Below are positions 58,580 through 64,000 of a stretch of 64,000 nucleotides of DNA, in pieces. Numbering within the stretch: the stretch's first letter is position 1; each line of letters begins with the position of its first letter. Both the position numbers and the translations under genes were made by a program. Below the pieces are notes generated by a model. It made no database searches and was not told the DNA's origin. It was given only the letters and a program-made list of their open reading frames with translations. The stretch is from an uncultured Desulfatitalea sp. (GTDB lineage: Bacteria > Desulfobacterota > Desulfobacteria > Desulfobacterales > Desulfosarcinaceae), in NCBI GenBank assembly GCA_963668675.2, contig CAXXMB010000002.1, forward strand, positions 1,600,001 through 1,664,000. Direction: 5' to 3'.

Positions 58580-58600
58580 AGAAAATCTCCAAATCCAGAA

Positions 58601-58652
58601 TGCCGGATCATAAAAGCCTGCCCCGGACTACGATCCGAGGTCCGGCATGACG
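58601..58652. repeat. GTCAT-CCGG-type palindromic repeat, nested or degenerate
   Basis: TGCCGGATC...CCCCGGACTACGATCCGAGGTCCGGCATGACG. Confidence 0.6.
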
Positions 58653-58757
58653 GGTTAACGACCTTCTACGAGGTCATCAAAAACAATCACCGCATATGCA
58701 ATCGATAGAATGCCTCAACTTTCATACTTTCTTACTTTCCTACTTTCATACTTTTTT

Positions 58758-60989
58758 TCAATAATTCAACGTCATCAACAACCCCATCCCCCCGCCCTCC
58801 CCGGATTCAAGAAGTTCCTGATCGTCTCGCCGGGAGAGATCGCCGCCCGCAGTGTCTCGAACCATCTGTATGCACCGCTCCATCTGTTCGACAAACTCCG
58901 GGACGGGGAGCATTTCGCCATAGGTTCGCGTAAAAGAGTATATGCAAACCCCCTCTTTGTCCATCTTCGCGGCAATCTCCGCAGCCCCCTTCAGCACCTG
59001 AATCGTCCGCCGGGCAGTGGCAACGGTGCGCTCCGGGAACAGGTCCCACCACGACACGGCTGTACAATAATAGGTGGTGGGCCGATAGGCCTGCAGTGAA
59101 ATCGAGTCGTCATGAATGGTCGTATACAGCTTGAAGATCTTCTCCATCAATTCCAGCGGCCTGGATTGGGGCAGATCGTCGCGCAGATACCCCATTTGCC
59201 ACTGTATGGCATGCAGCGGTTTGCGAATAACGGCCGGGCGGGCATCGATGGAGCGCTCCGCATCCACAAAGAGCGCATCCTCACTCTTCAGGATGCTCTT
59301 GAGCACCTTGACCGTATTGAGCAGATAGTTGGCCCGTATCCCGGTGGGCGAAACGGAGATGCCGTTGCCGAAAATCGTATCCGCCTGATCCAGCCCCTCA
59401 AAGATCCTCTGTTTGAACTGGTCGGTATCGGTCTCCCCATCGATGGTTCCGTTTCCCTTGCGCAAATATCTCAGGGTGGACATCGCCTGGGCCAGGTAAA
59501 CCACGGCATGTTCGCAATAAAAGTCTTCGGATTGAAAGTCGCAGTTGTGTTGAATGAAGGATGCCTCTTTGTACGCCTGCTCGAACAGCCCGTCGGAGGC
59601 GGCATAGGAGGGGGCATCGACGGCCAGGTTGCGCAGCAGGACCATGCGCAACGTCCGGGCGTTGAGATGGGTCGGATCCAGGCTCAATACGATCCGGAGA
59701 ATCTCGATCGCATCCCAGAACCTTCTCCGGTAGTAGAGCGTCTTGGCAATCTCCAAACCCAACAGGGAGTTGTGCGGAACCCGAAGGAACGTCGAAACGG
59801 CATTGGGTGGATTGTCCTGATCATCTGGCACGGAATCCACCAGTGGGGGCCACACGATCCCGGCAAATCGGGTGGTTGAAGCGATATCGTTTTGAAGCGC
59901 GGTGTCCCGCAGCAGATCCGGAATAAAATCGAAGTAGAGGGTGCTCCATACCCCCACCATCCACCAGATGCTCAACGTCTCGTCATTGAAGAGGGTGATC
60001 TCCGCCGGGTGCGGGCTCAGCAAGGCGCGAATATCGTTGATCAGGACACACTGCCGGGCATAGTCGGTCATGCGGATCACCGGGTCCCCGGGAAGCTTGG
60101 CATTGAGAATGGGCAGCAGATGGTTGTCGATACTGATGAGGCTGCCGGCCGCAATGCCGATGGAGAGAAACCGGTTCTGGGAATAGGAGTCGGACAGCGC
60201 CCAACGGATGGCCATCTGGTGGGCGAGTGACAGTGCACTTCGCAGACACTGGCGATAGGCGAACGGATTGCCGGCCCGCTCTTCTTTGGGAAAATCCACA
60301 TAGAGGGTGGTGATGTCGTGGGCGCGCACCTTCCCCCAGCGACCGTAGGCGAAACGGCCGATGGACTGCTCGATATAGGTCTTGAGCTCTTTCTTGAGCC
60401 AGCCGACAATGTCATGATCGATGACATCGCCGCGACTGTATAGGGCGAAACCGATCCTCACCCCCTCCTTGTAGTCCACCTGCTGCCGCCCGCCCTGACA
60501 GAGCTTGCACAGCGTCTCGAAATTCCATTGGGGACCCAGGTGCGCCCTGTCGTGACCGAGCCAGAAGGCAAAGCTCCTGAGCACATTTTGCTTGTGCGGT
60601 GTGTCGGCCTTCTCCTTCTTCAGGCGCGACAGCATGGAGTTGCTCACTTTGGGCAGCTCGATGCCGTGCTCGGCCAGCAGGGCATTGATGCGATCAGCCA
60701 AGGCACGTGCAGAGAGATTGAGGTCAAGCACCTTCTCCTTTTGATCGAAAAAGGACTCGAAGGTCATCCGGCTTGGCGGGGTGCAAACCTCCTCCGCCCG
60801 TTCGTTTTCGCTGATGAAGTTTTCTAAAAAGGACGGCTCGGCGGCGTCGATGACCCCATTTCGATAGGCAAAGGCAACGATCGTCTCAAGGATCTGGGCG
60901 TTATCGCCGCTCTCGGAAAATAGCCGATAACTGGCCGGTGTCGGAAAGACGGCCAGGAGGGCGGAAAAGGCATCTGTCGTCTTGGGCAT
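58758..60989 (-). CDS. Large hypothetical protein (HTH-like, alpha/beta middle domain, TPR-like C-terminus)
   Basis: About 743-aa ORF with GGAGGTGA RBS before ATG 60989; TPR-like LEIAKTLYYRRRFWDAIEILRIVLSLDP. Confidence 0.8.
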   Translation of the reverse strand: MPKTTDAFSALLAVFPTPASYRLFSESGDNAQILETIVAFAYRNGVIDAAEPSFLENFISENERAEEVCTPPSRMTFESFFDQKEKVLDLNLSARALADRINALLAEHGIELPKVSNSMLSRLKKEKADTPHKQNVLRSFAFWLGHDRAHLGPQWNFETLCKLCQGGRQQVDYKEGVRIGFALYSRGDVIDHDIVGWLKKELKTYIEQSIGRFAYGRWGKVRAHDITTLYVDFPKEERAGNPFAYRQCLRSALSLAHQMAIRWALSDSYSQNRFLSIGIAAGSLISIDNHLLPILNAKLPGDPVIRMTDYARQCVLINDIRALLSPHPAEITLFNDETLSIWWMVGVWSTLYFDFIPDLLRDTALQNDIASTTRFAGIVWPPLVDSVPDDQDNPPNAVSTFLRVPHNSLLGLEIAKTLYYRRRFWDAIEILRIVLSLDPTHLNARTLRMVLLRNLAVDAPSYAASDGLFEQAYKEASFIQHNCDFQSEDFYCEHAVVYLAQAMSTLRYLRKGNGTIDGETDTDQFKQRIFEGLDQADTIFGNGISVSPTGIRANYLLNTVKVLKSILKSEDALFVDAERSIDARPAVIRKPLHAIQWQMGYLRDDLPQSRPLELMEKIFKLYTTIHDDSISLQAYRPTTYYCTAVSWWDLFPERTVATARRTIQVLKGAAEIAAKMDKEGVCIYSFTRTYGEMLPVPEFVEQMERCIQMVRDTAGGDLSRRDDQELLESGEGGGMGLLMTLNY

Positions 60990-61106
60990 GGTACTCACCT
61001 CCGGAAGGGTGTTTCAAATAGCCGAACCTACTTTTCATAAAATATCGTTAAAAACAATGCAATGTTTTAGCCTAAAACGATAGTTTTTGTGAAACACACC
61101 AAATAT

Positions 61107-61136
61107 TTGACAATTGTTTCAATCACAGATTAGGAT
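61107..61136 (+). promoter_or_regulatory. Candidate sigma70 promoter of the dehydrogenase gene
   Basis: TTGACA-18 bp-TAGGAT; TGAAACA/TGTTTCA inverted repeat flanks the -35. Confidence 0.45.
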
Positions 61137-61354
61137 TATCACATCGCAGGATGAACAACGACAATGTCGCCAGGGTACCAGGAGATACCGGGGCAAGCAT
61201 CACCTACCCGCTCGAATCGTTACCACTGAACCACAAGCTTGAATTGCAGACAGATACAGAGCACTACGAATCGAAGCAGCCTGTCATGATCGATTTGTCT
61301 TGAGCCACCTGTACCTATCGATAGGGCAAGCTTCACAAACAAAGGAGAGACACC

Positions 61355-64000
61355 ATGGAACAGTACAAACTTTTCATTAACGGTGAGTTTGTCGATGCCG
61401 CCAGCGGCGAGACCTTCGAATCGATCGATCCGGGTACGGGCGCGCCCATCGCCCAGGTGGCCAAAGCCGGGGCAGCCGACGCCGAGGCGGCCATCGATGC
61501 CGCCCGACGGGCCTTCGACAGTGGTGCCTGGAGCGGATTGACCCCGGCCCAGCGGTCCGAAAAAATGAACGCCTTTGCCGACCAGATCACCCAACAGGCC
61601 CTTCGCATGGCCTTGACCGAATCGATGGACTCGGGACAGATCATCGGCCTGGCCAAATACTGGGGCCTGCTCGGCTCGCAGCTCCTGCGCAATTATGCCC
61701 ACTATGCAGCCACCAAGTTCCCCTGGAAAGAGGAGATCCCCTATGCGGGCAATGTCTTCGCCCCGGGCCGCGACTTTATCCGCCGGGAGCCGATCGGCGT
61801 CTGCGTGGGCATCATTCCCTGGAACTTTCCCATGAGCATGGCTTTCTGGAAGATCGGCCAGGCCATTGCCATGGGCAACACCATCGTTCTCAAGCCGGCC
61901 ACCTCGACCCCCCTGGGGGCCCTGATCATCGCCGAAGCGGCCAAGGCCGCCGGCATTCCCGACGGCGTGGTCAACGTGATCGCCGGTCCGGGCGGCGAGC
62001 TGGGCAAGACCCTCTGCACCCACAAATCGGTAGACAAGATCGCCTTTACCGGCAGCACCGAGGTGGGCCGCATGATCATGAAGATGGCCGCCGATACGGT
62101 GAAAAAAGTGACCCTCGAACTGGGCGGCAAATCGGCCAACATCATCTGTGAAGACGCCGATATCGATCTGGCCGTCGAGGGGGCCCTCTTCGGCACCTTC
62201 TTCCACCAGGGCCAGGTGTGCGAGTCGGGCACCCGCGTGCTGGTCTCCTCCAAAATTTACGGCGAGTTCATGGACAAAATGAAAACGCGCGCCGAACAGC
62301 TCAGGGTCGGCTATCAGCTGGAACCCACCTCCCAACAGGGGCCGCTGGTCAACGCCACCCAACTGGCCACGGTGGAACGCTACGTAAAACTCGGCCAGGA
62401 GGAGGGCGCCGAACTGATCACCGGCGGCCAGAGGGCCCAGGTGGAAGGTCTGGACGGCGGCTTTTACTACAAACCCACCATCTTCGCCAGTGTCAAAAAC
62501 AGCATGCGCATCGCCCAGGAGGAGATCTTCGGTCCGGTGGTGTGCGTCCTCAAATACGACAGCGAAGAAGAGGCCATCGATCTGGCCAACGACTCGATCT
62601 ACGGGTTAGCCGGCGGCGTCTTCTCCCGCAGCAACGCGCGGGCCCAACGCATCGCCGATCAAATCAAGACCGGCACCATGTGGGTCAACAACTACCACTC
62701 GTTCGGAGACTTCTGCCCGTTCGGCGGTTACAAGCAGTCGGGCGTGGGACGCGAACTGGGACACGAGGGGCTGGCCGAATACACCCAGGTCAAACGCATC
62801 CATGTGCCGGCCAGCGCCGACCATGCCAGCAACTTCACCATGAAGCTCTTCTCCGACGACCCCAAAATCCCCTTTGTGCAGTACATGACCCCAACGCTGA
62901 TCCTGGCCGGCCACGGCAGCCTCTCGTCGATCTACCGAGAGGTGGTGCGCCTGGAAGGCAGCCGGGCATTGATCCTCACCGACGCAGGCGTACAAAAGGC
63001 CGGATTGGTTGACCGCGTGAAGGAGGCGATGGGTGAATTTTGCGTCGGCGTCTTCGATGACATCGCCCAGGATACCGACCTTGCCATCGTGGACCGCGCC
63101 GTGGCATTCGCCCGTGAAAAGGGTGCCGATCTCATCGTCAGTGTCGGCGGCGGCAGCGTCATCGACACGGCCAAAGCGGTCTGCGTCACCTTGAAAAACG
63201 GCGGAAAGGCAGACGACCACTTGGCCCTCATGCGCCTGACCGAACCCCAGATACCCCACATCGTCATCCCGACGACATCAGGTACCGGCAGCGAGGTGAC
63301 CAACGTGGCCGTCATCAAAAGTGGCAGCGCCGGCCGCAAGGTCTACATCGTCGACGCCTTCATCACCCCAAATACGGCGATCCTGGATCCCCAGTTCACC
63401 ATGACCTTGCCCCCCGGTCTGACCGCCTCCACGGCCATGGACGCCATGACCCATGCGGTGGAAGCCCTCACCAGTACCATGTCCAACCCGATCTGCGACG
63501 GCCACGCCCTGCAGGCCATCCGCCTGATCGGAGAGAACCTGCCCAAGGCCATCGCCAACGGCAATGACGAAAAGGCGCGCACCAACCTGCAGCTTGCGGC
63601 TACCATGGCCGGTTGGGCCTTCGGCATCGCCCAGGTGGGCCTTGCCCACTCGATGGCCCACACCATAGGCATGCTGGCCAACGTGCCCCACGGCGCGGCC
63701 TGCGGTATCGTTTTGCCGGCAGTAATGCGCTACAACGTGGACTTCGCCACCGACAAACTGGCCCTGGTCGCCCAGGCGCTGGGCGTGAGCATTGGCAGCC
63801 TGGATAAAAAGGATGCCGCCAACGCCGCTGCCGATGCGGTGGAGAGGCTGATGAAGGAGAACGGCCATCCGATGCGGCTGAGCGAAGTGGGCGTCACCGA
63901 AGAGGCACTGGCACTGGCGCCTTTCCACGCCATCGCCGATACGCCGACCCTCTTCAACGCCCGCCCGGTTTCCGATCCCAACGACATTGCGGAGTTGTAC
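61355..64000 (+). CDS. Aldehyde dehydrogenase fused to an iron-containing alcohol dehydrogenase; runs off the 3' end and is absent from the ORF track
   Basis: AAGGAG RBS; MEQYKLFINGE, PWNFP, FTGS, LELGGKS, GQVC, EEIFGP, PFGGYKQSG; in-frame GGGS, PTTSGTGSE, DAMTHAVE, AHSMAH. Confidence 0.92.
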   Translation, partial: MEQYKLFINGEFVDAASGETFESIDPGTGAPIAQVAKAGAADAEAAIDAARRAFDSGAWSGLTPAQRSEKMNAFADQITQQALRMALTESMDSGQIIGLAKYWGLLGSQLLRNYAHYAATKFPWKEEIPYAGNVFAPGRDFIRREPIGVCVGIIPWNFPMSMAFWKIGQAIAMGNTIVLKPATSTPLGALIIAEAAKAAGIPDGVVNVIAGPGGELGKTLCTHKSVDKIAFTGSTEVGRMIMKMAADTVKKVTLELGGKSANIICEDADIDLAVEGALFGTFFHQGQVCESGTRVLVSSKIYGEFMDKMKTRAEQLRVGYQLEPTSQQGPLVNATQLATVERYVKLGQEEGAELITGGQRAQVEGLDGGFYYKPTIFASVKNSMRIAQEEIFGPVVCVLKYDSEEEAIDLANDSIYGLAGGVFSRSNARAQRIADQIKTGTMWVNNYHSFGDFCPFGGYKQSGVGRELGHEGLAEYTQVKRIHVPASADHASNFTMKLFSDDPKIPFVQYMTPTLILAGHGSLSSIYREVVRLEGSRALILTDAGVQKAGLVDRVKEAMGEFCVGVFDDIAQDTDLAIVDRAVAFAREKGADLIVSVGGGSVIDTAKAVCVTLKNGGKADDHLALMRLTEPQIPHIVIPTTSGTGSEVTNVAVIKSGSAGRKVYIVDAFITPNTAILDPQFTMTLPPGLTASTAMDAMTHAVEALTSTMSNPICDGHALQAIRLIGENLPKAIANGNDEKARTNLQLAATMAGWAFGIAQVGLAHSMAHTIGMLANVPHGAACGIVLPAVMRYNVDFATDKLALVAQALGVSIGSLDKKDAANAAADAVERLMKENGHPMRLSEVGVTEEALALAPFHAIADTPTLFNARPVSDPNDIAELY

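Noticed and set aside
61140..61354. Riboswitch in the long leader of the dehydrogenase gene
   Set aside because: Only small palindromes such as CCTATCGATAGG; no recognisable aptamer consensus
1..64000. tRNA, rRNA or prophage genes
   Set aside because: None recognised by eye; tRNAscan-SE and Rfam would be needed to exclude small RNAs

Overview
Bacterial chromosomal window, GC-rich in coding regions. The gene content (acyl-CoA ligases, TetR regulators, PAS/Cache hybrid kinases, palindromic repeats) suggests an anaerobic deltaproteobacterium such as Desulfobacterales; this is inference. Ordinary metabolic and regulatory genes surround several accessory islands. (1) 7.8-11.6 kb: a tightly coupled operon of SAM methyltransferase, class I isoprenoid-synthase-like protein, ABC exporter and di-heme cytochrome c lipoprotein. 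(2) 22.1-28.4 kb: an apparently complete RiPP cluster with a C39 peptidase ABC exporter, radical SAM/SPASM maturase, pseudo-rSAM partner and a 54-aa double-glycine precursor missing from the ORF track. (3) 29-33 kb: Ser/Thr kinase, two lipoproteins and an S41 protease. (4) 38.4-41.4 kb: an Lpp/OprI-like lipoprotein between two L,D-transpeptidase-family genes. (5) 42.9-52.8 kb: a RAYT-like HUH transposase, an MNT-HEPN toxin-antitoxin pair and a signal-peptide Rhs toxin with immunity gene, punctuated by GGGGAC-headed repeats in a cassette-like layout. (6) 58.7-64 kb: a large unknown HTH/TPR protein divergent from an ALDH/Fe-ADH fusion. No rRNA, tRNA or CRISPR array was seen. All family calls come from motif recognition by eye, not database searches.
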